Part shown: positions 24,101 through 39,100 of the stretch, one piece after another
Numbering within the stretch: position 1 is the stretch's first letter
How the letters are laid out: the number at the start of each line of letters is the position of its first letter
Assembly (NCBI GenBank): GCA_964057225.1
Contig: OZ059899.1
Span: 15,562,001-15,626,000 of the forward strand
DNA: 64,000 nt
Source of the DNA: Auanema rhodensis
Taxonomy: Eukaryota > Animalia > Nematoda
Reading direction: 5' to 3'
Position numbers and translations under genes: made by a program
Notes under the pieces: generated by a model
What the model was told of the DNA's origin: nothing
The model's input: the letters and a program-made list of their open reading frames with translations, nothing else
The model's database searches: none

Positions 24101-27100
24101 TTCAGGCTGTGGACACGTTGTGTCCTGTGAATGTTCGCTTTGCTCCAAGATCATCATCGAAAATGAAATGAAAATACTTTGAGGTGGGGTATTCAGATGT
24201 GTAGATTCTGAATCTTCTAGTCAGATTTGGCTAGGACTTCTCGTGTTTCCGGAAAAACGGTTTATATCGACCCCATCCACAAGAATTGTTCACAAAAAAG
24301 TTCAGGCTGTGGACACGTTGTGTCCTGTGAATGTTCGCTTTGCTCCAAGACCATCATCGAAAAACAAATAAAAATACTTTGAAGTGGGGTATTCAGATGT
24401 GTAGATTCTGAATCTCCTAATGAGATTTGGCTAGGACTTCTCGTGTTTCCGGAAAAACGGTTTATATCGACCCCATCCACAAGAATTGTTCACAAAAAAG
24501 TTCAGGCTGTGGACACGTTGTGTCCTGTGAATGTTCGCTTTGCTCCAAGACCATCATCGAAAATCAAATAAAAATACTTTGAGTCGGGGTATTCAGATGT
24601 GTAGATTCTGAATCTTCTAATGAGATTTGGCTAGGACTTTTCGTGTTTCCGGAAAAACGGTTTATATCGACCCCATCCACAAAAATTGTTCACAAAAAAG
24701 TTCAGGCTTTGGACACGTTGTGTCCTGTGAATGTTCGCTTTGCTCCAAGATCATCATCGAAAATGAAATGAAAATACTTTGAAGTGGGGTATTCAGATGT
24801 GTAGATTCTGAATCTTCTAGTCAGATTTGGCTAGGACTTCTCGTGTTTCCGGAAAAACGGTTTATATCGACCCCATCCACAAGAATTGTTCACAAAAAAG
24901 TTCAGGCTGTGGACACGTTGTGTCCGGTGAATGTTCGCTTTGCTCCAAGATCATCTTCGAAAACGAATTAAAAATACTTTGAGGTGGGGTATTCAGATGT
25001 GTAGATTCTGAATCTCCTAGTGAGATTTGGCTAGGACTTCTCGTGTTTCCGGAAAAACGGTTTATATCGACCCCATCCACAAAAATTGTTCACCAAAAAG
25101 TTCAGGCTGTGGACACGTTGTGTCCTGTGAATGTTCGCTTTGCTCCAAGACCATCATCGAAAATCAAATAAAAATACTTTGAAGTGGGGTATTCAGATGT
25201 GTAGATTCTGAATCTTCTAGTGAGATTTGGCTAGGACTTCTCTTGTTTCCGGAAAAACGGTTTATATCGACCCCATCCACAAAAATTGTTCACAAAAAAG
25301 TTCAGGCTTTGGACACGTTGTGTCCTGTGAATGTTCGCTTTGCTCCAAGATCATCATCGAAAATGAAATGAAAATACTTTGAGGTGGGGTATTCAGATGT
25401 GTAGATTCTGAATCTTCTAGTCAGATTTGGCTAGGACTTCTCGTGTTTCCGGAAAAACGGTTTATATCGACCCCATCCACAAGAATTGTTCACAAAAAAG
25501 TTCAGGCTGTGGACACGTTGTGTCCTGTGAATGTTCGCTTTGCTCCAAGACCATCATCGAAAATCAAATAAAAATACTTTGAAGTGGGGTATTCAGATGT
25601 GTAGATTCTGAATCTTCTAGTCAGATTTGGCTAGGACTTTTCGTGTTTCCGGAAAAACGGTTTATATCGACCCCATCCACAAGAATTGTTCACAAAAAAG
25701 TTCAGGCTGTGGACACGTTGTGTCCTGTGAATGTTCGCTTTGCTCCAAGACCATCATCGAAAATCAAATAAAAATACTTTGAGTCGGGGTATTCAGATGT
25801 GTAGATTCTGAATCTCCTAATGAGATTTGGCTAGGACTTTTCGTGTTTCCGGAAAAACGGTTTATATCGACCCCATCCACAAAAATTGTTCACAAAAAAG
25901 TTCAGGCTGTGGACACGTTGTGTCCTGTGAATGTTCGCTTTGCTCCAAGACCATCATCGAAAATCAAATAAAAATACTTTGAGTCGGGGTATTCAGATGT
26001 GTAGATTCTGAATCTTCTAATGAGATTTGGCTAGGACTTTTCGTGTTTCCGGAAAAACGGTTTATATCGACCCCATCCACAAGAATTGTTCACAAAAAAG
26101 TTCAGGCTGTGGACACGTTGTGTCCTGTGAATGTTCGCTTTGCTCCAAGACCATCATCGAAAATTAAATAAAAATACTTTGAGTCGGGGTATTCAGATGT
26201 GTAGATTCTGAATCTCCTAATGAGATTTGGCTAGGACTTCTCGTGTTTCCGGAAAAACGGTTTATATCGACCCCATCCACAAAAATTGTTCACAAAAAAG
26301 TTCAGGCTGTGGACACGTTGTGTCCTGTGAATGTTCGCTTTGCTCCAAGACCATCATCGAAAATTAAATAAAAATACTTTGAGTCGGGGTATTCAGATGT
26401 GTAGATTCTGAATCTTCTAGTGAGATTTGGCTAGGACTTCTCCTGTTTCCGGAAAAACGGTTTATATCGACCCCATCCACAAGAATTGTTCACAAAAAAG
26501 TTCAGGCTGTGGACACGTTGTGTCCTGTGAATGTTCGCTTTGCTCCAAGACCATCATCGAAAATCAAATAAAAATACTTTGAGTCGGGGTATTCAGATGT
26601 GTAGATTCTGAATCTTCTAATGAGATTTGGCTAGGACTTCTCCTGTTTCCGGAAAAACGGTTTATATCGACCCCATCCACAAAAATTGTTCACAAAAAAG
26701 TTCAGGCTGTGGACACGTTGTGTCCTGTGAATGTTCGCTTTGCTCCAAGACCATCATCGAAAATGAAAAAAAAACACTTTGAGGTGGGGTATTCAGATGT
26801 GTAGATTCTGAATCTTCTAATCAGATTTGGCTAGGACTTCTCTTGTTTCCGGAAAAACGGTTTATATCGACCCCATCCACAAGAATTGTTCACAAAAAAG
26901 TTCAGGCTGTGGACACGTTGTGTCCGGTGAATGTTCGCTTTGCTCCAAGACCATCATCGAAAATCAAATGAAAATACTTTAAGGTGGGGTATTCAGATGT
27001 GTAGATTCTGAATCTCCTAATGAGATTTGGCTAGGACTTCTCCTGTTTCCGGAAAAACGGTTTATATCGACCCCATCCACAAAAATTGTTCACAAAAAAG

Positions 27101-30100
27101 TTCAGGCTGTGGACACGTTGTGTCCTGTGAATGTTCGCTTTGCTCCAAGACCATCATCGAAAATCAAATGAAAATACTTTAAGGTGGGGTATTCAGATGT
27201 GTAGATTCTGAATCTCCTAATGAGATTTGGCTAGGACTTCTCCTGTTTCCGGAAAAACGGTTTATATCGACCCCATCCACAAGAATTGTTCACAAAAAAG
27301 TTCAGGCTGTGGACACGTTGTGTCCTGTGAATGTTCGCTTTGCTCCAAGACCATCATCGAAAATCAAATAAAAATACTTTGAAGTGGGGTATTCAGATGT
27401 GTAGATTCTGAATCTTCTAGTCAGATTTGGCTAGGACTTCTCCTGTTTCCGGAAAAACGGTTTATATCGACCCCATCCACAAGAATTGTTCACAAAAAAG
27501 TTCAGGCTGTGGACACGTTGTGTCCTGTGAATGTTCGCTTTGCTCCAAGATCATCATCGAAAATGAAATGAAAATACTTTGAGGTGGGGTATTCAGATGT
27601 GTAGATTCTGAATCTTCTAATGAGATTTGGCTAGGACTTCTCCTGTTTCCGGAAAAACGGTTTATATCGACCCCATCCACAAAAATTGTTCACAAAAAAG
27701 TTCAGGCTGTGGACACGTTGTGTCCTGTGAATGTTCGCTTTGCTCCAAGACCATCATCGAAAATGAAAAAAAAACACTTTGAGGTGGGGTATTCAGATGT
27801 GTAGATTCTGAATCTTCTAATCAGATTTGGCTAGGACTTCTCTTGTTTCCGGAAAAACGGTTTATATCGACCCCATCCACAAGAATTGTTCACAAAAAAG
27901 TTCAGGCTGTGGACACGTTGTGTCCGGTGAATGTTCGCTTTGCTCCAAGACCATCATCGAAAATCAAATGAAAATACTTTAAGGTGGGGTATTCAGATGT
28001 GTAGATTCTGAATCTCCTAATGAGATTTGGCTAGGACTTCTCCTGTTTCCGGAAAAACGGTTTATATCGACCCCATCCACAAAAATTGTTCACAAAAAAG
28101 TTCAGGCTGTGGACACGTTGTGTCCTGTGAATGTTCGCTTTGCTCCAAGACCATCATCGAAAATCAAATGAAAATACTTTAAGGTGGGGTATTCAGATGT
28201 GTAGATTCTGAATCTCCTAATGAGATTTGGCTAGGACTTCTCCTGTTTCCGGAAAAACGGTTTATATCGACCCCATCCACAAGAATTGTTCACAAAAAAG
28301 TTCAGGCTGTGGACACGTTGTGTCCTGTGAATGTTCGCTTTGCTCCAAGACCATCATCGAAAATCAAATAAAAATACTTTGAAGTGGGGTATTCAGATGT
28401 GTAGATTCTGAATCTTCTAGTCAGATTTGGCTAGGACTTCTCCTGTTTCCGGAAAAACGGTTTATATCGACCCCATCCACAAGAATTGTTCACAAAAAAG
28501 TTCAGGCTGTGGACACGTTGTGTCCTGTGAATGTTCGCTTTGCTCCAAGATCATCATCGAAAATGAAATGAAAATACTTTGAGGTGGGGTATTCAGATGT
28601 GTAGATTCTGAATCTTCTAGTCAGATTTGGCTAGGACTTCTCCTGTTTCCGGAAAAACGGTTTATATCGACCCCATCCACAAGAATTGTTCACAAAAAAG
28701 TTCAGGCTGTGGACACGTTGTGTCCTGTGAATGTTCGCTTTGCTCCAAGACCATCATCGAAAATCAAATAAAAATACTTTGAAGTGGGGTATTCAGATGT
28801 GTAGATTCTGAATCTTCTAGTCAGATTTGGCTAGGACTTCTCCTGTTTCCGGAAAAACGGTTTATATCGACCCCATCCACAAGAATTGTTCACAAAAAAG
28901 TTCAGGCTGTGGACACGTTGTGTCCTGTGAATGTTCGCTTTGCTCCAAGATCATCATCGAAAATGAAATGAAAATACTTTGAGGTGGGGTATTCAGATGT
29001 GTAGATTCTGAATCTTCTAGTCAGATTTGGCTAGGACTTCTCAAGTTTCCGGAAAAACGGTTTATATCGACCCCATCCACAAGAATTGTTCACAAAAAAG
29101 TTCAGGCTGTGGACACGTTGTGTCCTGTGAATGTTCGCTTTGCTCCAAGACCATCATCGAAAATCAAATAAAAATACTTTGAAGTGGGGTATTCAGATGT
29201 GTAGATTCTGAATCTCCTAATGAGATTTGGCTAGGACTTCTCGTGTTTCCGGAAAAACGGTTTATATCGACCCCATCCACAAGAATTGTTCACAAAAAAG
29301 TTCAGGCTGTGGACACGTTGTGTCCTGTGAATGTTCGCTTTGCTCCAAGACCATCATCGAAAATCAAATAAAAATACTTTGAGTCGGGGTATTCAGATGT
29401 GTAGATTCTGAATCTTCTAATGAGATTTGGCTAGGACTTTTCGTGTTTCCGGAAAAACGGTTTATATCGACCCCATCCACAAGAATTGTTCACAAAAAAG
29501 TTCAGGCTTTGGACACGTTGTGTCCTGTGAATGTTCGCTTTGCTCCAAGATCATCATCGAAAATGAAATGAAAATACTTTGAGGTGGGGTATTCAGATGT
29601 GTAGATTCTGAATCTTCTAGTCAGATTTGGCTAGGACTTCTCCTGTTTCCGGAAAAACGGTTTATATCGACCCCATCCACAAGAATTGTTCACAAAAAAG
29701 TTCAGGCAGTGGACACGTTGTGTCCTGTGAATGTTCGCTTTGCTCCAAGACCATCATCGAAAATCAAATAAAAATACTTTGAAGTGGGGTATTCAGATGT
29801 GTAGATTCTGAATCTCCTAATGAGATTTGGCTAGGACTTCTCGTGTTTCCGGAAAAACGGTTTATATCGACCCCATCCACAAGAATTGTTCACAAAAAAG
29901 TTCAGGCTGTGGACACGTTGTGTCCTGTGAATGTTCGCTTTGCTCCAAGACCATCATCGAAAATCAAATAAAAATACTTTGAGTCGGGGTATTCAGATGT
30001 GTAGATTCTGAATCTTCTAATGAGATTTGGCTAGGGCTTTTCGTGTTTCCGGAAAAACGGTTTATATCGACCCCATCCACAAGAATTGTTCACAAAAAAG

Positions 30101-33100
30101 TTCAGGCTGTGGACACGTTGTGTCCTGTGAATGTTCGCTTTGCTCCAAGACCATCATCGAAAATTAAATAAAAATACTTTGAGTCGGGGTATTCAGATGT
30201 GTAGATTCTGAATCTCCTAATGAGATTTGGCTAGGACTTCTCGTGTTTCCGGAAAAACGGTTTATATCGACCCCATCCACAAAAATTGTTCACAAAAAAG
30301 TTCAGGCTGTGGACACGTTGTGTCCTGTGAATGTTCGCTTTGCTCCAAGACCATCATCGAAAATTAAATAAAAATACTTTGAGTCGGGGTATTCAGATGT
30401 GTAGATTCTGAATCTTCTAGTGAGATTTGGCTAGGACTTCTCCTGTTTCCGGAAAAACGGTTTATATCGACCCCATCCACAAGAATTGTTCACAAAAAAG
30501 TTCAGGCTGTGGACACGTTGTGTCCTGTGAATGTTCGCTTTGCTCCAAGACCATCATCGAAAATCAAATAAAAATACTTTGAGTCGGGGTATTCAGATGT
30601 GTAGATTCTGAATCTTCTAATGAGGTTTGGCTAGGACTTTTCGTGTTTCCGGAAAAACGGTTTATATCGACCCCATCCACAAAAATTGTTCACAAAAAAG
30701 TTCAGGCTGTGGACACGTTGTGTCCTGTGAATGTTCGCTTTGCTCCAAGACCATCATCGAAAATCAAATAAAAATACTTTAAGGTGGGGTATTCAGATGT
30801 GTAGATTCTGAATCTTCTAATGAGATTTGGCTAGGACTTTTCGTGTTTCCGGAAAAACGGTTTATATCGACCCCATCCACAAAAATTGTTCACAAAAAAG
30901 TTCAGGCTGTGGACACGTTGTGTCCTGTGAATGTTCGCTTTGCTCCAAGACCATCATCGAAAATGAAAAAAAAACACTTTGAGGTGGGGTATTCAGATGT
31001 GTAGATTCTGAATCTTCTAATCAGATTTGGCTAGGACTTCTCTTGTTTCCGGAAAAACGGTTTATATCGACCCCATCCACAAGAATTGTTCACAAAAAAG
31101 TTCAGGCTGTGGACACGTTGTGTCCTGTGAATGTTCGCTTTGCTCCAAGACCATCATCGAAAATCAAATAAAAATACTTTAAGGTGGGGTATTCAGATGT
31201 GTAGATTCTGAATCTCCTAATGAGATTTGGCTAGGACTTCTCCTGTTTCCGGAAAAACGGTTTATATCGACCCCATCCACAAAAATTGTTCACAAAAAAG
31301 TTCAGGCTGTGGACACGTTGTGTCCTGTGAATGTTCGCTTTGCTCCAAGACCATCATCGAAAATCAAATAAAAATACTTTGAGTCGGGGTATTCAGATGT
31401 GTAGATTCTGAACCTTCTAGTGAGATTTGGCTAGGACTTCTCCTGTTTCCGGAAAAACGGTTTATATCGACCCCATCCACAAAAATTGTTCACAAAAAAG
31501 TTCAGGCTGTGGACACGTTGTGTCCTGTGAATGTTCGCTTTGCTCCATGACCATCATCGAAAATGAAAAAAAAATACTTTGAGGTGGGGTATTCAGATGT
31601 GTAGATTCTGAATCTTCTAGTCAGATTTGGCTAGAACTTCTCCTGTTTCCGGAAAAACGGTTTATATCGACCCCATCCACAAGAATTGTTCACAAAAAAG
31701 TTCAGGCTGTGGACACGTTGTGTCCTGTGAATGTTCGCTTTGCTCCAAGACCATCATCGAAAATCAAATAAAAATACTTTAAGGTGGGGTATTCAGATGT
31801 GTAGATTCTGAATCTTCTAGTCAGATTTGGCTAGGACTTCTCTTGTTTCCGGAAAAACGGTTTATATCGACCCCATCCACAAGAATTGTTCACAAAAAAG
31901 TTCAGGCTGTGGACACGTTGTGTCCTGTGAATGTTCGCTTTGCTCCAAGACCATCATCGAAAATCAAATAAAAATACTTTGAAGTGCGGTATTCAGATGT
32001 GTAGATTCTGAATCTTCTAGTGAGATTTGGCTAGGACTTCTCGTGTTTCCGGAAAAACGGTTTATATCGACCCCATCCACAAGAATTGTTCACAAAAAAG
32101 TTCAGGCTGTGGACACGTTGTGTCCTGTGAATGTTCGCTTTGCTCCAAGACCATCATCGAAAATCAAATAAAAATACTTTAAGGTGGGGTATTCAGATGT
32201 GTAGATTCTGAATCTTCTAGTCAGATTTGGCTAGGACTTCTCTTGTTTCCGGAAAAACGGTTTATATCGACCCCATCCACAAGAATTGTTCACAAAAAAG
32301 TTCAGGCTGTGGACACGTTGTGTCCTGTGAATGTTCGCTTTGCTCCAAGACCATCATCGAAAATCAAATAAAAATACTTTGAGTCGGGGTATTCAGATGT
32401 GTAGATTCTGAATCTTCTAATGAGATTTGGCTAGGACTTTTCGTGTTTCCGGAAAAACGGTTTATATCGACCCCATCCACAAGAATTGTTCACAAAAAAG
32501 TTCAGGCTGTGGACACGTTGTGTCCTGTGAATGTTCGCTTTGCTCCAAGACCATCATCGAAAATTAAATAAAAATACTTTAAGGTGGGTTATTCAGATGT
32601 GTAGATTCTGAATCTCCTAATGAGATTTGGCTAGGACTTCTCGTGTTTCCGGAAAAACGGTTTATATCGACCCCATCCACAAAAATTGTTCACAAAAAAG
32701 TTCAGGCTGTGGACACGTTGTGTCCTGTGAATGTTCGCTTTGCTCCAAGACCATCATCGAAAATTAAATAAAAATACTTTGAGTCGGGGTATTCAGATGT
32801 GTAGATTCTGAATCTTCTAGTGAGATTTGGCTAGGACTTCTCCTGTTTCCGGAAAAACGGTTTATATCGACCCCATCCACAAGAATTGTTCACAAAAAAG
32901 TTCAGGCTGTGGACACGTTGTGTCCTGTGAATGTTCGCTTTGCTCCAAGACCATCATCGAAAATCAAATAAAAATACTTTGAGTCGGGGTATTCAGATGT
33001 GTAGATTCTGAATCTTCTAATGAGATTTGGCTAGGACTTTTCGTGTTTCCGGAAAAACGGTTTATATCGACCCCATCCACAAAAATTGTTCACAAAAAAG

Positions 33101-36100
33101 TTCAGGCTGTGGACACGTTGTGTCCTGTGAATGTTCGCTTTGCTCCAAGACCATCATCGAAAATCAAATAAAAATACTTTAAGGTGGGGTATTCAGATGT
33201 GTAGATTCTGAATCTCCTAATGAGATTTGGCTAGGACTTCTCCTGTTTCCGGAAAAACGGTTTATATCGACCCCATCCACAAAAATTGTTCACAAAAAAG
33301 TTCAGGCTGTGGACACGTTGTGTCCGGTGAATGTTCGCTTTGCTCCAAGACCATCATCGAAAATCAAATAAAAATACTTTGAGTCGGGGTATTCAGATGT
33401 GTAGATTCTGAATCTTCTAGTGAGATTTGGCTAGGACTTCTCCTGTTTCCGGAAAAACGGTTTATATCGACCCCATCCACAAGAATTGTTCACAAAAAAG
33501 TTTAGGCTGTGGACACGTTGTGTCCTGTGAATGTTCGCTTTGCTCCAAGACCATCATCGAAAATGAAAAAAAAACACTTTGAGGTGGGGTATTCAGATGT
33601 GTAGATTCTGAATCTTCTAATCAGATTTGGCTAGGACTTCTCTTGTTTCCGGAAAAACGGTTTATATCGACCCCATCCACAAGAATTGTTCACAAAAAAG
33701 TTCAGGCTGTGGACACGTTGTGTCCTGTGAATGTTCGCTTTGCTCCAAGACCATCATCGAAAATCAAATAAAAATACTTTAAGGTGGGGTATTCAGATGT
33801 GTAGATTCTGAATCTCCTAATGAGATTTGGCTAGAACTTCTCCTGTTTCCGGAAAAACGGTTTATATCGACCCCATCCACAAGAATTGTTCACAAAAAAG
33901 TTCAGGCTGTGGACACGTTGTGTCCGGTGAATGTTCGCTTTGCTCCAAGACCATCATCGAAAATCAAATAAAAATACTTTAAGGTGGGGTATTCAGATGT
34001 GTAGATTCTGAATCTCCTAATGAGATTTGGCTAGAACTTCTCCTGTTTCCGGAAAAACGGTTTATATCGACCCCATCCACAAGAATTGTTCACAAAAAAG
34101 TTCAGGCTGTGGACACGTTGTGTCCGGTGAATGTTCGCTTTGCTCCAAGACCATCATCGAAAATCAAATAAAAATACTTTGAGTCGGGGTATTCAGATGT
34201 GTAGATTCTGAATCTTCTAGTGAGATTTGGCTAGGACTTCTCCTGTTTCCGGAAAAACGGTTTATATCGACCCCATCCACAAAAATTGTTCACAAAAAAG
34301 TTCAGGCTGTGGACACGTTGTGTCCTGTGAATGTTCGCTTTGCTCCAAGACCATCATCGAAAATGAAAAAAAAACACTTTGAGGTGGGGTATTCAGATGT
34401 GTAGATTCTGAATCTTCTAATCAGATTTGGCTAGGACTTCTCTTGTTTCCGGAAAAACGGTTTATATCGACCCCATCCACAAGAATTGTTCACAAAAAAG
34501 TTCAGGCTGTGGACACGTTGTGTCCTGTGAATGTTCGCTTTGCTCCAAGACCATCATCGAAAATCAAATAAAAATACTTTAAGGTGGGGTATTCAGATGT
34601 GTAGATTCTGAATCTCCTAATGAGATTTGGCTAGAACTTCTCCTGTTTCCGGAAAAACGGTTTATATCGACCCCATCCACAAGAATTGTTCACAAAAAAG
34701 TTCAGGCTGTGGACACGTTGTGTCCGGTGAATGTTCGCTTTGCTCCAAGACCATCATCGAAAATCAAATAAAAATACTTTAAGGTGGGGTATTCAGATGT
34801 GTAGATTCTGAATCTCCTAATGAGATTTGGCTAGAACTTCTCCTGTTTCCGGAAAAACGGTTTATATCGACCCCATCCACAAGAATTGTTCACAAAAAAG
34901 TTCAGGCTGTGGACACGTTGTGTCCGGTGAATGTTCGCTTTGCTCCAAGACCATCATCGAAAATCAAATAAAAATACTTTGAGTCGGGGTATTCAGATGT
35001 GTAGATTCTGAATCTTCTAGTGAGATTTGGCTAGGACTTCTCCTGTTTCCGGAAAAACGGTTTATATCGACCCCATCCACAAGAATTGTTCACAAAAAAG
35101 TTCAGGCTGTGGACACGTTGTGTCCTGTGAATGTTCGCTTTGCTCCATGACCATCATCGAAAATGAAATGAAAATACTTTAAGGTGGGGTATTCAGATGT
35201 GTAGATTCTGAATCTTCTAATCAGATTTGGCTAGGACTTCTCTTGTTTCCGGAAAAACGGTTTATATCGACCCCATCCACAAGAATTGTTCACAAAAAAG
35301 TTCAGGCTGTGGACACGTTGTGTCCTGTGAATGTTCGCTTTGCTCCAAGACCATCATCGAAAATCAAATAAAAATACTTTAAGGTGGGGTATTCAGATGT
35401 GTAGATTCTGAATCTCCTAATGAGATTTGGCTAGGACTTCTCCTGTTTCCGGAAAAACGGTTTATATCGACCCCATCCACAAGAATTGTTCACAAAAAAG
35501 TTCAGGCTGTGGACACGTTGTGTCCGGTGAATGTTCGCTTTGCTCCAAGACCATCATCGAAAATTAAATAAAAATACTTTGAGTCGGGGTATTCAGATGT
35601 GTAGATTCTGAACCTTCTAGTGAGATTTGGCTAGGACTTCTCCTGTTTCCGGAAAAACGGTTTATATCGACCCCATCCACAAAAATTGTTCACAAAAAAG
35701 TTCAGGCTGTGGACACGTTGTGTCCTGTGAATGTTCGCTTTGCTCCATGACCATCATCGAAAATGAAAAAAAAATACTTTGAGGTGGGGTATTCAGATGT
35801 GTAGATTCTGAATCTTCTAGTCAGATTTGGCTAGAACTTCTCCTGTTTCCGGAAAAACGGTTTATATCGACCCCATCCACAAGAATTGTTCACAAAAAAG
35901 TTCAGGCTGTGGACACGTTGTGTCCTGTGAATGTTCGCTTTGCTCCAAGACCATCATCGAAAATGAAATGAAAATACTTTGAGGTGGGGTATTCAGATGT
36001 GTAGATTCTGAATCTTCTAGTCAGATTTGGCTAGAACTTCTCCTGTTTCCGGAAAAACGGTTTATATCGACCCCATCCACAAAAATTGTTCACAAAAAAG

Positions 36101-39100
36101 TTCAGGCTGTGGACACGTTGTGTCCTGTGAATGTTCGCTTTGCTCCATGACCATCATCGAAAATGAAATGAAAATACTTTGAGGTGGGGTATTCAGATGT
36201 GTAGATTCTGAATCTTCTAGTCAGATTTGGCTAGAACTTCTCCTGTTTCCGGAAAAACGGTTTATATCGACCCCATCCACAAAAATTGTTCACAAAAAAG
36301 TTCAGGCTGTGGACACGTTGTGTCCTGTGAATGTTCGCTTTGCTCCAAGACCATCATCCAAAATGAAATAAAAACATTTTGAGGTGGGGTATTCAGATGT
36401 GTAGATTCTGAATCTTCTAGTGAGATTTGGCTAGGACTTCTCCTGTTTCCGGAAAAACGGTTTATATCGACCCCATCCACAAAAATTGTTCACAAAAAAG
36501 TTCAGGCTGTGGACACGTTGTGTCCTGTGAATGTTCGCTTTGCTCCATGACCATCATCGAAAATGAAAAAAAAATACTTTGAGGTGGGGTATTCAGATGT
36601 GTAGATTCTGAATCTCCTAATGAGATTTGGCTAGGACTTCTCCTGTTTCCGGAAAAACGGTTTATATCGACCCCATCCACAAAAATTGTTCACAAAAAAG
36701 TTCAGGCTGTGGACACGTTGTGTCCTGTGAATGTTCGCTTTGCTCCAAGACCATCATCGAAAATCAAATAAAAATACTTTAAGGTGGGGTATTCAGATGT
36801 GTAGATTCTGAATCTCCTAATGAGATTTGGCTAGGACTTCTCCTGTTTCCGGAAAAACGGTTTATATCGACCCCATCCACAAAAATTGTTCACAAAAAAG
36901 TTCAGGCTGTGGACACGTTGTGTCCTGTGAATGTTCGCTTTGCTCCAAGACCATCATCGAAAATCAAATAAAAATACTTTGAGGTGGGGTATTCAGATGT
37001 GTAGATTCTGAACCTTCTAGTGAGATTTGGCTAGGACTTCTCCTGTTTCCGGAAAAACGGTTTATATCGACCCCATCCTCAAAAATTGTTCACAAAAAAG
37101 TTCAGGCTGTGGACACGTTGTGTCCTGTGAATGTTCGCTTTGCTCCATGACCATCATCGAAAATGAAAAAAAAATACTTTGAGGTGGGGTATTCAGATGT
37201 GTAGATTCTGAATCTTCTAGTGAGATTTGGCTAGGACTTCTCCTGTTCCCGGAAAAACGGTTTATATCGACCCCATCCACAAAAATTGTTCACAAAAAAG
37301 TTCAGGCTGTGGACACCTTGTGTCCTGTGAATGTTCGCTTTGCTCCAAGACCATCATCGAAAATGAAATGAAAATACTTTGAGGTGGGGTATTCAGATGT
37401 GTAGATTCTGAATCTTCTAGTGAGATTTGGCTAGGACTTCTCCTGTTTCCGGAAAAACGGTTTATATCGACCCCATCCTCAAAAATTGTTCACAAAAAAG
37501 TTCAGGCTGTGGACACGTTGTGTCCTGTGAATGTTCGCTTTGCTCCAAGACCATCATCGAAAATGAAATAAAAACACTTTGAGGTGGGGTATTCAGATGT
37601 GTAGATTCTGAATCTTCTAGTCAGATTTGGCTAGAACTTCTCCTGTTTCCGGAAAAACGGTTTATATCGACCCCATCCTCAAAAATTGTTCACAAAAAAG
37701 TTCAGGCTGTGGACACGTTGTGTCCTGTGAATGTTCGCTTTGCTCCAAGACCATCATCGAAAATAAAATAAAAACACTTTGAGGTGGGGTATTCAGATGT
37801 GTAGATTCTGAATCTTCTAGTCAGATTTGGCTAGAACTTCTCCTGTTTCCGGAAAAACGGTTTATATCGACCCCATCCACAAAAATTGTTCACAAAAAAG
37901 TTTAGGCTGTGGACACGTTGTGTCCTGTGAATGTTCGCTTTGCTCCAAGACCATCATCGAAAATCAAATAAAAATACTTTGAGGTGGGGTATTCAGATGT
38001 GTAGATTCTGAATCTCCTAATGAGATTTGGCTAGGACTTCTCCTGTTTCCAGAAAAACGGTTTATATCGACCCCATCCTCAAAAATTGTTCACAAAAAAG
38101 TTCAGGCTGTGGACACGTTGTGTCCTGTGAATGTTCGCTTTGCTCCAAGACCATCATCGAAAATGAAATAAAAACACTTTGAGGTGGGGTATTCAGATGT
38201 GTAGATTCTGAATCTTCTAGTCAGATTTGGCTAGAACTTCTCCTGTTTCCGGAAAAACGGTTTATATCGACCCCATCCTCAAAAATTGTTCACAAAAAAG
38301 TTCAGGCTGTGGACACGTTGTGTCCTGTGAATGTTCGCTTTGCTCCAAGACCATCATCGAAAATGAAAAAAAAACACTTTGAGGTGGGGTATTCAGATGT
38401 GTAGATTCTGAATCTTCTAATCAGATTTGGCTAGGACTTCTCTTGTTTCCGGAAAAACGGTTTATATCGACCCCATCCACAAGAATTGTTCACAAAAAAG
38501 TTCAGGCTGTGGACACGTTGTGTCCTGTGAATGTTCGCTTTGCTCCAAGACCATCATCGAAAATCAAATAAAAATACTTTGAGGTGGGGTATTCAGATGT
38601 GTAGATTCTGAATCTCCTAATGAGATTTGGCTAGGACTTCTCCTGTTTCCAGAAAAACGGTTTATATCGACCCCATCCTCAAAAATTGTTCACAAAAAAG
38701 TTCAGGCTGTGGACACGTTGTGTCCTGTGAATGTTCGCTTTGCTCCAAGACCATCATCGAAAATGAAATGAAAATACTTTGAGGTGGGGTATTCAGATGT
38801 GTAGATTCTGAATCTTCTAGTGAGAGTTGGCTAGGACTTCTCCTGTTTCCGGAAAAACGGTTTATATCGACCCCATCCTCAAAAATTGTTCACAAAAAAG
38901 TTCAGGCTGTGGACACGTTGTGTCCTGTGAATGTTCGCTTTGCTCGAAGACCATCATCGAAAATGAAATAAAAACACTTTGAGGTGGGGTATTCAGATGT
39001 GTAGATTCTGAATCTCCTAATCAGATTTGGCTAGGACTTCTCCTGTTTCCGGAAAAACGGTTTATATCGACCCCATCCTCAAAAATTGTTCACAAAAAAG

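Noticed and set aside
37386-37480. tRNA-like look of the monomer (GGGGTA..TCAG..GTAGA ... ACCCCA)
   Set aside because: No GGTTCRA B-box or T-loop, and arm lengths do not fit a cloverleaf. It is also not recognisable as 5S rRNA or an snRNA.
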